A stretch of DNA of 63,053 nucleotides, counting the filler, from Asterionella formosa (taxonomy: Eukaryota): the NCBI GenBank assembly GCA_002256025.1. It is 15 parts of 15 records of this genome, joined end to end, with 100 filler letters (N's around TTAATTAATTAA, not from the genome) between each part and the next. Parts side by side here need not be neighbours in the genome. Positions count along the whole stretch, not along the records: positions 18,814 to 35,275 come from NKIB01004901.1; positions 35,376 to 36,398 come from NKIB01004902.1; positions 36,499 to 37,521 come from NKIB01004903.1; positions 37,622 to 38,643 come from NKIB01004904.1; positions 38,744 to 55,199 come from NKIB01004905.1; 10 more parts are not named here. One strand, written 5' to 3'. Below, piece after piece: positions 34,490 to 45,686 of this stretch. The notes beneath the pieces are model-generated. The model was given only the letters and a program-made list of their open reading frames with translations, was not told where the DNA came from and did no database searches. The translations under genes were made by a program, and so were the position numbers. Each line of letters begins with the position of its first letter. Position 1 is the stretch's first letter.

Positions 34490-34805
34490 GGATACCGGCA
34501 TCATATATAAAAGGTGATGCCAGTTGAATGGAGTAAAATTAATTTTGCTTGTTCAATCCATTTCTTGTTGACAGCAACCTTTGAGCCTAATTATGTATGT
34601 AACACAAGATAGATGATGAGTTCAAAGTATGACAAGTATTGTTTAGCATATAAATTGCTACATCTTTGCTTGAATAAATATGTTTGTATCTAGAATATTT
34701 AGTCCAAAATGTGAATTCACTCAATTTAACTTTGGCTATCAATTCAAAATCTTCACAATGTTGGCTCTCAGTTTTTCGGTGGTACCACCTAAAAACTGAG
34801 AGTCA
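34490..34805. repeat. Inverted homolog of window positions 1-310, ending in a palindrome centred on GGTACC
   Basis: Shared blocks with 1-310; ctctcagtttttcggtggtaccacctaaaaactgagag at ~34765-34802. Confidence 0.72.
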
Positions 34806-35375
34806 TATAAAGTTTACCCCATGTTTCGACTCAAACTATTTTAGTCAAATTTCATGGTGACAACAAATCAAGTACGTAGCTAAATGTAGAACAGGCTCTC
34901 CGCTTTCAATAGGTCTGTTTAATTAGTAATGAAGCTTCATAAGTCAAGAGATATGAAGTTTTTAAAGTTGATGATTATGGTCGTTTTGTATGACTATCAA
35001 TACATATTTTTTACTACGTACCTGAAGAAAATTTTATATTCAAATTCTGGTTTGTTTCGATTACCCTATTGTTCACTCTAAAGCTTTTTCCTGCCACAAT
35101 ATTATTTGTCCGTTGCATCATCTACCCATTTATTATTCATTGTTTTCATTTTTTAAACCTTAAATAATAATGCGTTTGCCTTTTAACTCAAATATTATTT
35201 CAGTTTTTGTGGCAATAATCTTACTTTCATTCGTTTTGATGATGGTTTGATATAGATTTATATAGGGATTATTTANNNNNNNNNNNNNNNNNNNNNNNNN
35301 NNNNNNNNNNNNNNNNNNNTTAATTAATTAANNNNNNNNNNNNNNNNNNNNNNNNNNNNNNNNNNNNNNNNNNNN

Positions 35376-36398
35376 ATGTAGGTTGAAGGTGAAACAATCC
35401 GGGCTGTGACATGTAAATGATGAGTAGCATTGATCCATTGTGAATCAACGGAATACCATGTAGCATTGATCAATTGTGAATCAACGGAATACCATCTCAT
35501 TCTGTACGTTATTCCAATGAGTTGAGTGGTTCTTAGGTATGGATTGCTCTAATATTGATGAAGTTATTGAAAAATCAGTAGTACGAAGAATCACCACCGT
35601 GTAGGGTGTATGTTAAAAAATCCGGGCTGTGACATGTAAATGATGAGTAGCATTGATCATTTGTGAATCAACGGAATAACATCTTACTCGGTACTATCTT
35701 CCAATGAGTTGAGTGGTTCTTAGGTATGGATTGCTCCAATATTGATGAAGTTATTGACAAGTCAGAAGTACGAAGAATCACCACCGTGTAGGGTGTAGGT
35801 GAAAAAATCCGGGCTGTGACATGTAAATGATGAGTAGCATTGATCCATTGTAAATCAACGGAATACCATCTTACTCGGTACTATCTTCCAATGAGTTGAG
35901 TGGTTCTTAGGTATGGATTGCTCCAATATTGATGAAGTTATTGACAAATCAATAGTACGAAGAATTACCACCGTGTAGGGTGTAGGTGAAACAATCCGGG
36001 CTGTGACATGTAAATGTTGAGTAGCATAGATCTATTGTAAATCAACGGAATACCATCTTACTCGGTACTATCTTCCAATGACTTGAGTGGTTCTTAGGTA
36101 TGGATTGCTCCAATATTGATGAAGTTATTGACAAATCAGTAGTGATAACAATCATCACTGCTCATGTAGGTTGAAGGTGAAACAATCCGGGCTGTGACAT
36201 GTAAATGTTGAGTAGCATTGATCTATTGTAAATCAACGGAATACCATCTTACTCGGTACTATCTTCCAATGACTTGAGTGGTTCTTAGGTATGGATTGCT
36301 CCAATATTGATGAAGTTATTGACAAATCAGTAGTGATAACAATCATCACTGCTCATGTAGGTTGAAGGTGAAACAATCCGGGCTGTGACATGTAAATG
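35376..36398. repeat. Tandem satellite with a ~187-191 bp unit, more than 5 units, bounded by gaps on both sides
   Basis: atccgggctgtgacatgtaaatg starts at 35397, 35620, 35807, 35994, 36185 and 36376. Confidence 0.95.
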
Positions 36399-36498
36399 NN
36401 NNNNNNNNNNNNNNNNNNNNNNNNNNNNNNNNNNNNNNNNNNTTAATTAATTAANNNNNNNNNNNNNNNNNNNNNNNNNNNNNNNNNNNNNNNNNNNN

Positions 36499-37521
36499 CA
36501 AAAGAGCCATATCCTGCTGGTACAATCCCGAGATTCGATGTTCTAAGTGAGTGAGAAAGGTTTCGACGTTCTTCGGTGTTTGCGGCATCCTATCACGCAA
36601 AGATCGATCAGCGTAGGATTCAAATCCTTGTTTCACAGATACCTCATGTCGTACCTTCCGCAACGACTCCAAAACCTGCAAATTCTCTGGACAAGAGGTG
36701 GACGTTTCCATATAAATGTGTTTTCTTAGTGTTTGATTGGGAGAATAGCGCAAAAGGGCATTGGAAATGGACGCATCTGTACTTGATGTCACTTGAGAAG
36801 GAGTTCGTGTCGATGATTGTGGAATGTTGGATTCAATCACATGACGAGATAAAACATCGTCGACCCATTGAGCTTCGACATTAAAGTAATGAGTCGAATT
36901 AGTAATGTTTTGCTGAAACAACAATTCCAATTGTACCACATGTGACTGCAATTGTTGAACATCAAATCGTTGTTCGATGGACAAATGAATCCCATCTCGC
37001 TCAAACTCTGCTTTTAACAAGGATGCAAATCGTTGTTGCTCTTCAGATAGAGTAGGAAATACCAGCGAATTGGTCACCATTACTAGTGCATTGAAAATGT
37101 TGGTATCCGCATTAAGTTGCCCAATATAATCACTTAGGATGGAAAAGGCATGACTGGCACTCTCTTGCCATTGAAGTAGGACAATGCCTTCTTGTAATAT
37201 TCCAATGAGGTTGATCTACCATATGTTGGATTGTCGTTTTGGCTTGGGTTTGGTTTACCATAAGTCTTCACAGCCATCCATTTGTATATGTGTTCAGGCT
37301 TGATGTCGCTCTGCTAGCTGCTCTAGACTAAACTCATAGTCAGTAGCATATTCTATCCCATCTTTGTAGGTCATCATCGCCAATAGAATCCTCCTGTATC
37401 GATGGCATTGCAAAGGTTGGTTCATTCCTATCAACATGGTCTGCCTAGTTTTGCTTTAATTTAAAATATATATGATGTATATGTATATATCAGTCTATAT
37501 TACCTGTAAATAGTCTATTCA
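36499..37521 (-). pseudogene. Chimera of a Crypton-like YR-transposon 5' ORF fragment (~37420-37173) and a mitochondrial intermediate peptidase (M3) fragment (37172-36499); copy 1
   Basis: RYRRILLAMMTYKDG...IYKWMAVKTYG...GRSTSLEYYKKALSYF joins, out of frame, WQESASHAFSILSDYIGQLNAD...EFERDGIHL...GFESYAD...TPKNVETFL. Confidence 0.7.
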
Positions 37522-38425
37522 NNNNNNNNNNNNNNNNNNNNNNNNNNNNNNNNNNNNNNNNNNNNTTAATTAATTAANNNNNNNNNNNNNNNNNNNNNNN
37601 NNNNNNNNNNNNNNNNNNNNNGTCGGCACGTATCGCTTCGAGGCATTTTGTTGGGGCGTTCAGAGATATTTCTACAGATTGATTCGAAAACATGGCTGTT
37701 CGCTCTTGCTCAAGAAGTAAAAGCAGGGAGGGAGAAGTGGGGATACCAATTACATCAATATTAATACTACCGGTAAATCCCATCAAGCAAACCGGTAACC
37801 AAGTATGGCAATTACATAGTAGGGCAGCGATTGTTGGCACTTTGCTGTTGGTTTGGTTCACCTGCGGGATTGTTGCTTGTACATAGCGGTACCGGGTAGC
37901 TAAATGACCATTACACCACCCTTTTCAAAATATAAACTACCCCTGGTACCCACCCAGACGAAGCCATTATTGCCCTGTGGCGATTAGTACCGCCCCATAG
38001 CTATGTAGGTAGCTACAGGTTTTAACGGCTACGAGGTCTTTTGTGAACCGCCGTTGATCAGCAATACTGAATAAATCATATAGCTGATAAATAATAAATG
38101 TCGAAGCAAAATTTTCTTGTTTTTCTTTTAACGTACAGTGACGATGTGTGAAGCAGGATTGGATAAATACTACCAGGTACCGTACTCCATACTCCGGCGT
38201 ACGTGCTTGCAGAAACAGGTACCGGTAGACGGCATTATGATTTCGTTGTTTTCCACAATAGATAGACCACTGGACAAACAGGAGACTAGTCCAAACAGGA
38301 GAATAGTCTATTCATTGATCTACATCATAGTTAGCACCCTGGTACCTTGTAAAGACATGCATCTACTTGTTGCTGCACTGTGGACGTTATAATAATACTT
38401 GGCCTGAGAAAAAGGAATTAATTGC

Positions 38426-38643
38426 TTAAGTGAACTCGGACTCGTCCTCGTCAGTAAGACCAATGGAGTTATCAACCGGTTTGTTTTCATCTAGAGGCAT
38501 GTACTCAGCAAGGATCCCCTTCACTTGATTTCTCATCTGTGATTGACTACGGCTCCATTGGATTAAACCGCAGCAGCAAAAGACAGCAACCAATACAGCC
38601 AGTGAGGTAGCGAAGACTGGCACTGATACTGCGCCGGGAGCCC
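38426..38643 (-). CDS. 3' end of a vacuolar sorting receptor-like membrane protein (5' part in a gap)
   Basis: TM helix followed by QMRNQVKGILAEYMPLD, matching the YMPL cytosolic sorting motif of VSR/BP-80 proteins. Confidence 0.7.
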
Positions 38644-39339
38644 NNNNNNNNNNNNNNNNNNNNNNNNNNNNNNNNNNNNNNNNNNNNTTAATTAATTAAN
38701 NNNNNNNNNNNNNNNNNNNNNNNNNNNNNNNNNNNNNNNNNNNAAAAGGGTTACTATTTAAATTACGAGGGCATTTATCACAATTATTAGATGATATAAC
38801 GAAAAATTATGATCAGATGATCATAATCCTATGATGCATCATGGAAATATGATGGTTTTTATTTGCAGACGTAACTTGGTCAGCAAACCGTCTTCTAGCT
38901 AGCATCGGAATACAAATAGGAATCATGACTAGAACTTGTGGATATGAATAGATTTTCTGAATGACCCTTTTTATTCGACAGAGAATGGAGAATGCTACCC
39001 GTAGTGGAAGCTACCTACCCGTAGTGGAAGCTAGTGCACTAGTAATTTACTGGGACCATGTACAAAGCTAGTAGAGATGATCAATGTTTGCATGCATATC
39101 ACTACCTTTACACTCCTTGCCAGTACTTCGTTGTGTAATGCAATATGTATACAGTGATTGTTTAATTGTGTGTTGGCTATCATATAGTACTCCTACTACA
39201 TCAAATATTAACACATCGGTAAATCAAATCAAATGTACTCCGCTTTTTAACATTAGACGGAATCAATGAGAATGTAATAACATGCAGGCTAGTAGTAAAT
39301 GTAGCTAGTAGTTGACTAAATATGTAGTTGTGGATTTCC

Positions 39340-40385
39340 ACCAGTGCATCGAACAATAAGCATTTTGTTGATTATTTTGATCACTGAAAGTTCTTGACCA
39401 TACACCTAATAGATTCTGTCAATCGCTGTCTAAGCACTGTAACCACGTCTAACCTGCTCTGCAACTGAATCACATACAACCTTGTGCTGATAATAAATAG
39501 ATTCATTCCTCCCCCCTGCCTCTCAACCCTTGTAAATATCCTGGCTGCCTTTCTTCCTGCAATTTCGACTTCAAACTCATGCTATAGAACAAACAGTGAC
39601 TTTGGAGTCTTTCTGAGACAAAGGCTGGAACCATAAAAGAGCCAAAGTAAGCTAGCAAATTGTCACCAGCTTGTTCGTTGTTGATTTTGTCCCTTTACAT
39701 CTGCACCAATTCATATTGTAGTTGGTGCTGGTGCCACAGCCAATGGATCCACCACAACTGGAGGAGCACCAGAGTCCCTAAAACTTTGCCCTGGCATCCT
39801 TGAGAATCTGTTAAAAGCCATGCTGAGCTCATGGATATCCTTGGACATCAATTCAACTTGTGCCTGCACCTGCTTCACATCCCTTCTTTGTGTTTCCTTC
39901 TGTTGACTGTAGTACAGGCCAAGGAGTTTGTTCCTCTGCTGACTAACTCGGCGAAATTTCTGTCCCTCTTGCAATGCACCTGTGGGTCCTAGCTACTTGC
40001 ACCACAACACCACCACTTCCATCCTCCTGTCCTCCAACTGTCTGCATAATTTCAGCGTCGATTTCATCAATATACAGATCCGCCTCTGAACCAGTGACAA
40101 CAAGAACCAACCGTTTCTTGACAGGACTTTTGCCTTGTGGTAGATGGCAAACTAATGCGTAAGCTGACCGAATTCGGCGCGTCAGTGCAGGTGGTAGGTA
40201 CTCTTGTAGGGTTGATTCAAAAGAAGCCCACAAAAGTGAGCGGGCCAATGTCAAAGATATGCACAGCACATGGATACTGTACGGAAAAATTTGGAACAAC
40301 ATATTCCAGAAGCCTCTCATCCTCCAAGAGTCCGCAATTCTCAACAAGGACATGATACTTACATGGTCCTCCAATGCAAAGAGAC
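39340..40385 (-). mobile_element. Crypton-like DNA transposon remnant (C-terminal half including a GCR1_C-like domain)
   Basis: Frameshifted LCIGGPCKY..LLEYVVPN, LARSLLWASF, SPVKK, LYIDEI, TPKSLFVL*HEFEVEIAGRKAARIFT.VER and AIDRIY*VYGQELSVIKIINKM. Family recognised from memory; not searched. Confidence 0.6.
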
Positions 40386-41993
40386 CTCGGGTTCCCTCAT
40401 TTCTGTGGGACAACTCTGTGATCATGGCTGTACAGCTCAGTTCACTGCCGATGCAGTGGACATAATCCATAACAACATTACTGTCCTCCACGGGACCCAC
40501 ACACCGTCTTACGGCATTCCGCCCTCCATCATGGCACAATACAATCTGCTCCCCCTTGTCCATAATGGCAACATTATGGTCGAAATCTGCAAGGGCATGT
40601 ACGGGTTGCTGCAGGCCGGCATCATTGCCAACACACGCCTTGTCAAGCACCTTGCCACCCATGGCTATCATCCCATTGCTAGTAACACCGCCGGCCTCTT
40701 CACACATGCCTACCGACCCATCACGTTCTGCCTCACTGTTGACAACTTTGGCATCAAGTATGTCGACACCGCCAACCTCAACCATCTTTTCCAGGCCCTC
40801 CGCGAACTCTACACTATCACCACTGATATGTCTGGCACCAAGTACTGTGGCCTCACCCTCCACTGGGACTACACTGCCCGTACATGCGACGTCTACATGC
40901 CTGGATACGTCGCCAAGGCTTTGCTCGGCTTCCAAAATCATGTTGTGGCCACACGCCCCCAACACAGCCCACACGCCTGGCAGCGCCCCCTCTATGGGGA
41001 ACCGACACAACTCACGGCTCCTCGAGATGACTCCGCCCTTCTCGATGCTGCCGGCGTCCGGCGCATCCAAGAAATCATTGTGGTCCTTTTGTACTATGCC
41101 CACGCCGTGGACAACACCCTCCTTGTCGCCCTTGGCTCCCTCGCTCGCCTCAGCTCCCCACTCCGAAAACACCGCAGAGGCCATCAATCACCTCCTCAAC
41201 TACTGTGCCACCCATCCCGATGCCGTTGTCCGCTTCCACGCCAGTGACATGGTGCTCCACGTCCATTCCGACGCCTCCTACCTCTCCTATGCCGACGCAC
41301 GTAGTCGCTCCGGGGGCTACTTCTTCCTTAGTGACTGCCCACTCAATCCTGACATCAACCCCTCCCCCCCACCTAACGGCCGGCCACCCCCCATCAATGG
41401 TCCAGTGCATGTACCCAACAGTATCATGCGGGTTGTCCTTTCCTCTGCCACTGAAGCGGAAATGGGCGCACTCTTCTAAAACGCCAACAAGGATGCCGCC
41501 TGGCTGTGCACCACACTCCATGATCTAGGCCATCTGCAGCCGCCTACCCTCATCCAAACCGACAATGCCTGTGCTGCTGGCATCATCAACGACACCGTCA
41601 AACAGCGCCGGTCCAAAGCCATCGACATGCGATTCTATTGGGTGCGCGACAGGGTGCGGCAAAAGCAATTCATCGTCCACTGGCGACCAGCAGCCAGGTT
41701 CCGACAATTTGGCCGACTACTTCACTAAGCATCACTTGCCATCGCACCACCGCCTCATGCATGACCAATATTTGCTTCCTCCTCCTGTGGGCCCCCTTTC
41801 TCCGGTTAGCGCTTCTGCTCACCATTCTGCTCCGTCCTACATGGGCGAGGGTGTGTTGAGAACCCCAACAGTTTCCTAGTACAGGTTTCCCGACTTATTG
41901 ACCCATCATGACGTCACTCCAATGACCACTCAGCACGAAGGAACAACTGTCTCTAAACCACTCATAAATTATCAGTTCATCGATTACCATTAC
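40384..41993 (+). mobile_element. Ty1/Copia (CoDi-like) remnant with internal deletion: protease-region piece, RT, RNase H, PPT and 3' LTR from 41854
   Basis: SLISVGQLCDHGC, KGMYGLLQAGIIAN, CLTVDNFGIKY, HSDASY, SATEAEMGALF*, QTDN and KAIDMRFYWVRDR; GGGCGAGGGTG followed by TGTTG. The LTR 3' end is uncertain. Confidence 0.9.
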
Positions 41994-42051
41994 AGCTATT
42001 GACTTTGTGAGTTCTTCAATAGTTATATCTGGGACAAAGGTAACGGTAGAC

Positions 42052-42300
42052 TACCAGATACCTGGTACCACTCCGAGTCTCTGGCACTCCGACCTGGTAC
42101 CTGGTACCTGGTACCTGGTACCGGTACAGTACAAGTGGTACCCCTGGTAGCTGCATATATACCGGTAGGAGATTACCAGGTATCCATTGCTAAGATAGGT
42201 TGCTGTGTTGAGGACATGACAATACTGTACAACACAATTATATCGGTACCTGGTACCTGGTACCAGGTACCAGGTACCCGGTACATGGAACTGGTATCGA
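42052..42300. repeat. GGTACC(A/T) palindromic heptamer tract; densest example of a window-wide family
   Basis: acctggtacctggtacctggtacctggtaccggtac and ggtacctggtacctggtaccaggtaccaggtacc. Confidence 0.9.
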
Positions 42301-42431
42301 TACGACTGTCTCCTTGCTGGCCAGTTTCCACGTTCCCCCCCCCCCACTCCCCTTCTGGATGTTGAGACTCGGTGTAGTGACATCCAAATATTACACTCTC
42401 TATTACCGGTCCATAAAAGTCTCCTCTCAAA

Positions 42432-43028
42432 ATGAAGCCCCCCATCATTCATCAGTCGCTCGATCCTCGAGCTCAGCAAGCCAAACAGAAACAAGACATA
42501 ACGAAAAAGGGCCTCCTCGATCGAGCCTTTGATCGGATCATTGGTTCTCAGCTTGACAAGATCAAGGCTGCCAAAATTCCAACAGAACAAGAGGATGAAC
42601 GATATCAGCAAACTTTGGAACGTGAAAGAACTGCTGCGTCTAAGCGCAAGAGTAAGAAGCTGTCCAAGGAACACGAAGAATTGGCGAGGACAACTGGTCT
42701 AAGTGGACAAGTAGTGGCACTCATGGCGGGAATGGACGAGAAGAAGAGCAAGAAACGAAAAAAGCGAGAAAATCGCGATAGCGGCAGTAGCACAAGTGAA
42801 GACTCAGGGGAGCGAAGGCGAAGACGACGGAAGCAAAAGGAGCGAAAAAGAAAATACAACAGGAGTGACAGTAATGACGATTCCAGTGCCACTGAAGATT
42901 CGAGGCACCGGAAGCGACAAAAGAAGGAAATGCAGAGAAAGCTAAGCAAAAGTAGATCGACAAAGCCACGAGGTGAGGAAAAACGAAGGACTCATAACGA
43001 TCAGCTGACAAGTGATAACGCTAAGTAA
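42432..43028 (+). CDS. Lys/Arg/Ser-rich low-complexity protein, probably nuclear
   Basis: 198-aa ATG-initiated ORF in a gene-dense segment, with a helical N-terminus and a KKRKKR/RRRRR tail. Confidence 0.55.
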   Translation: MKPPIIHQSLDPRAQQAKQKQDITKKGLLDRAFDRIIGSQLDKIKAAKIPTEQEDERYQQTLERERTAASKRKSKKLSKEHEELARTTGLSGQVVALMAGMDEKKSKKRKKRENRDSGSSTSEDSGERRRRRRKQKERKRKYNRSDSNDDSSATEDSRHRKRQKKEMQRKLSKSRSTKPRGEEKRRTHNDQLTSDNAK

Positions 43029-43491
43029 TATTGACGCGTATTCGGTCGAAGAAGATATGGAGTTATACAGACGTATGCTGAAAAGGTCGCAACTATACAT
43101 CAAACAACATTTGAAACGAAAATAAAGAAGGAGTGCATGGAAAAGGGAAGAAATCTAGGAACTGTGTTGTTCCGTTATTGCCATGTCATTATGCATTTTC
43201 CCTTCCATGTTCCGCGAAGGTGGGACGCCGTGAAGCTTGCTTTTGAATGGCACATTCGGTGTGGGGGCGACATGTGTTGTGATAGCGATCATACATCCAT
43301 CTGGTGCGAGGGATCTCCGAGCTGGCAAAGGAGTACCTGCTTAACGTAGGTCCTCATAATGTCTATTAGATTCCTTGTTAAGCTAAGTGAACAAGCCGAT
43401 GAAACGCATCCCTGGTACTACAATATTTATGATTTACTCAGTTATTTAGACTAGAGTTCAGTCATGGATTTCCATTTATACCGCCACATAT

Positions 43492-44218
43492 TTACCTGCC
43501 ACTAGTCATCGAACTGATCGCTTGCTTCTTGACTTCCTTACTAATACGAGCTTCGATCCGTTTATCTTCCTCTTCGGCAATCTGCTCACGAATCTTTCTG
43601 TAGCCGGGGTATCGGCAGAGAATATAAGTATTAAACAATCCCATAGCAAGCATGGCAATGCAAACAATCTTTCCGAGCAAGGTGTTGTAGGCCCAAGAGA
43701 CAGATGACAAAAGAGCGTAGAAAAAGAATCGCCAGATAGAGTTAAACAAAAAGCCAAAGTTGACGGCAATAATGACGCGGAGGAATTTGAGCTGAGTTTC
43801 AAGGCAGCAAATGAGAAGACCACCACAAGTGGCATAGATAGCCAAAACCCAATTAGATATAGATGGAAAACCAATCATCACAAGAATCTGGATGGTAACA
43901 ATCACACAAGAAAGAAACTTGGTGAGCATAGGAAAAAGAAGTGACGGCAATGCGCCCTGTTCGTGATCGCCCAGTAAAACTCACCGAGGCGGTCATCAGG
44001 GCCACAGCAACTCCCATATTCGCCAGACGCATAATCAAAATGATTCCAGGAAGGTCCTTCTCTTCTTCTGGAGTTAGCGCCACAGAGGCAGCACGGTTGC
44101 TAGAAGTCGTGGATCCAGTCACGGCAGTACCGGTAGGGTTGTCCAAGGAGAAAACCTCTGCTGGAGGAGGAGTTGGAGCAGCATTGCTGCTTTGTAACCA
44201 AGAAGGATTGTCGGCCAT
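43492..44218 (-). CDS. COPI-associated / Tvp15-like Golgi membrane protein; exons 44218-43985 and 43887-43492
   Basis: A 97-nt GTGAGT...CCAG intron joins IMRLANMGVAVALMTAS to ILVMIG...GGLLICCLET...NFGFLFNSIWRFFFY in frame. Confidence 0.8.
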
Positions 44219-44760
44219 GGTGAGATAAGGCTGCTGAGATGAGGGTGGTCAACGAAGGTAATGCTAAGGGCAATCAACGGAACAACGACGGAAATAGTAT
44301 GTCTCGAAGTGTTCATCATGAGGAGCCCTGCACATCGTTGGGAGCAATGCTGCCGTTCTGTTTGTTTTGCATCATGTACAATTCTACAGAGCAATGACCA
44401 ATTGCGCAGGAACCAGCGCACCATTTCAAAATTTCCTCCCTCGGCGTCCGCATCTGCTCCTCCACTTCCGAATTTTCAAAATTGTGTGAACATGAGGATT
44501 CTGGATTCTAGAACAGAAAGAGCTCCAGCCATAATGGTTTGATTGCCGATCTTTTGTTGCAAACTGCAACTTGTACTGTGGATTTTCTTCCAGTCTACCG
44601 GTACTACACCGGCTACCTGGTACCAACCAGGCATGTCGGATCGTCGTGAAATTTGCTGTCGTTGCTTCGTCCCTCCGCCATTTGCTGGGTATGAAATTCT
44701 TCGCTCCTCGCTACCACGTTGCTACTCTATCTTTCGAGTAGACCAAATAGACAATTCACC

Positions 44761-45462
44761 ATGAAGCTCGCTTTGTCCCTTTTGGCTTTGGTTGCCGGCG
44801 CTTCGGCGTTCGCCCCTTCTTCTCCAGCAGCTACAACTACTTCTCTCAAGATGTCCGAGGACATTCCTCTGCTTCAAATCAAGGAAAAAGTCCCTTGCTT
44901 TGGTGCTACCCCACTCGGTGGAGAGCCTGTTTTCATCGGTGAGAACTACTGGGACAAACTCACCATGGAATATGGATCTGAAGCGACTGGAGCATACCTT
45001 CGTGCTGCAGAAATCAAGCATGGACGGTCCGCCATGGTTGCTACTGTTGGATTTGCCTTCCACAAGCTAGGATTGACTCTCAACAACATTTCCCCCCACG
45101 AGTACCTTTCAGTTACGAAGGGAATCAAGTTCGCGGACCTCGCTGCCATGACTCCTTTGGACGCTGCCAAGGCTGTCCCTGTTGAGGGAATCGCCCAAGT
45201 GTTTGCTCTCATTGCTGCTATTGAGATCTATGAACTCACACACAGGAATGGAGCTATCGTAGATGATGCTAGGGTTGCCCCTGGTCTTCAGGCGGGTGGC
45301 TTGACTGGAGACCTTGGCTGGAACCCCCTTGGTGTCAAGGTCACAGACCGTCGTCGTCTTGTCGAAATTCAGAACGGACGTGCTGCTATGTTTGCCATTT
45401 GTGCATGGGTTGCTCACGATGCTGTCGCTGGCTCTGTTCCTCTTCCGCTCCTTTGGGATTAA
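44761..45462 (+). CDS. Light-harvesting fucoxanthin-chlorophyll a/c protein (LHC family)
   Basis: Signal peptide with ASAFAP; LRAAEIKHGRSAM, GDLGWNPLG and EIQNGRAAM. Confidence 0.95.
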   Translation: MKLALSLLALVAGASAFAPSSPAATTTSLKMSEDIPLLQIKEKVPCFGATPLGGEPVFIGENYWDKLTMEYGSEATGAYLRAAEIKHGRSAMVATVGFAFHKLGLTLNNISPHEYLSVTKGIKFADLAAMTPLDAAKAVPVEGIAQVFALIAAIEIYELTHRNGAIVDDARVAPGLQAGGLTGDLGWNPLGVKVTDRRRLVEIQNGRAAMFAICAWVAHDAVAGSVPLPLLWD

Positions 45463-45686
45463 ATGCAGTCCTACGCCCTTACCCCCTACACTCCATTATT
45501 ACTGCTACATTTTTGCTAGGTCAATCGTTGACATGAAGATAAGCAAAGTAATGTGATTTAGTACACTCGACGCATAAAGAATGTTGTTGTTGTCGACTAG
45601 CGCAATGCATTGGTCAATTTGGACAAATGTTTACCCATCTTGAATATAATTGTTTACACCAGTCCGGTCCGACAGCCTATCATTCC

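Noticed and set aside
35376..36398. Regular repeats as a possible CRISPR array
   Set aside because: The entire unit is repeated with no unique spacers, the context is eukaryotic and no cas genes are present.
39943..41187. 414-aa minus-strand ORF as a novel gene
   Set aside because: Antisense shadow of the GC-rich Copia RT running into a Crypton-like remnant.
42051..42674. ORFs containing VPGTWYQVPGT peptides (also at 25888 and 47251)
   Set aside because: Translations of the GGTACC tracts, not proteins.
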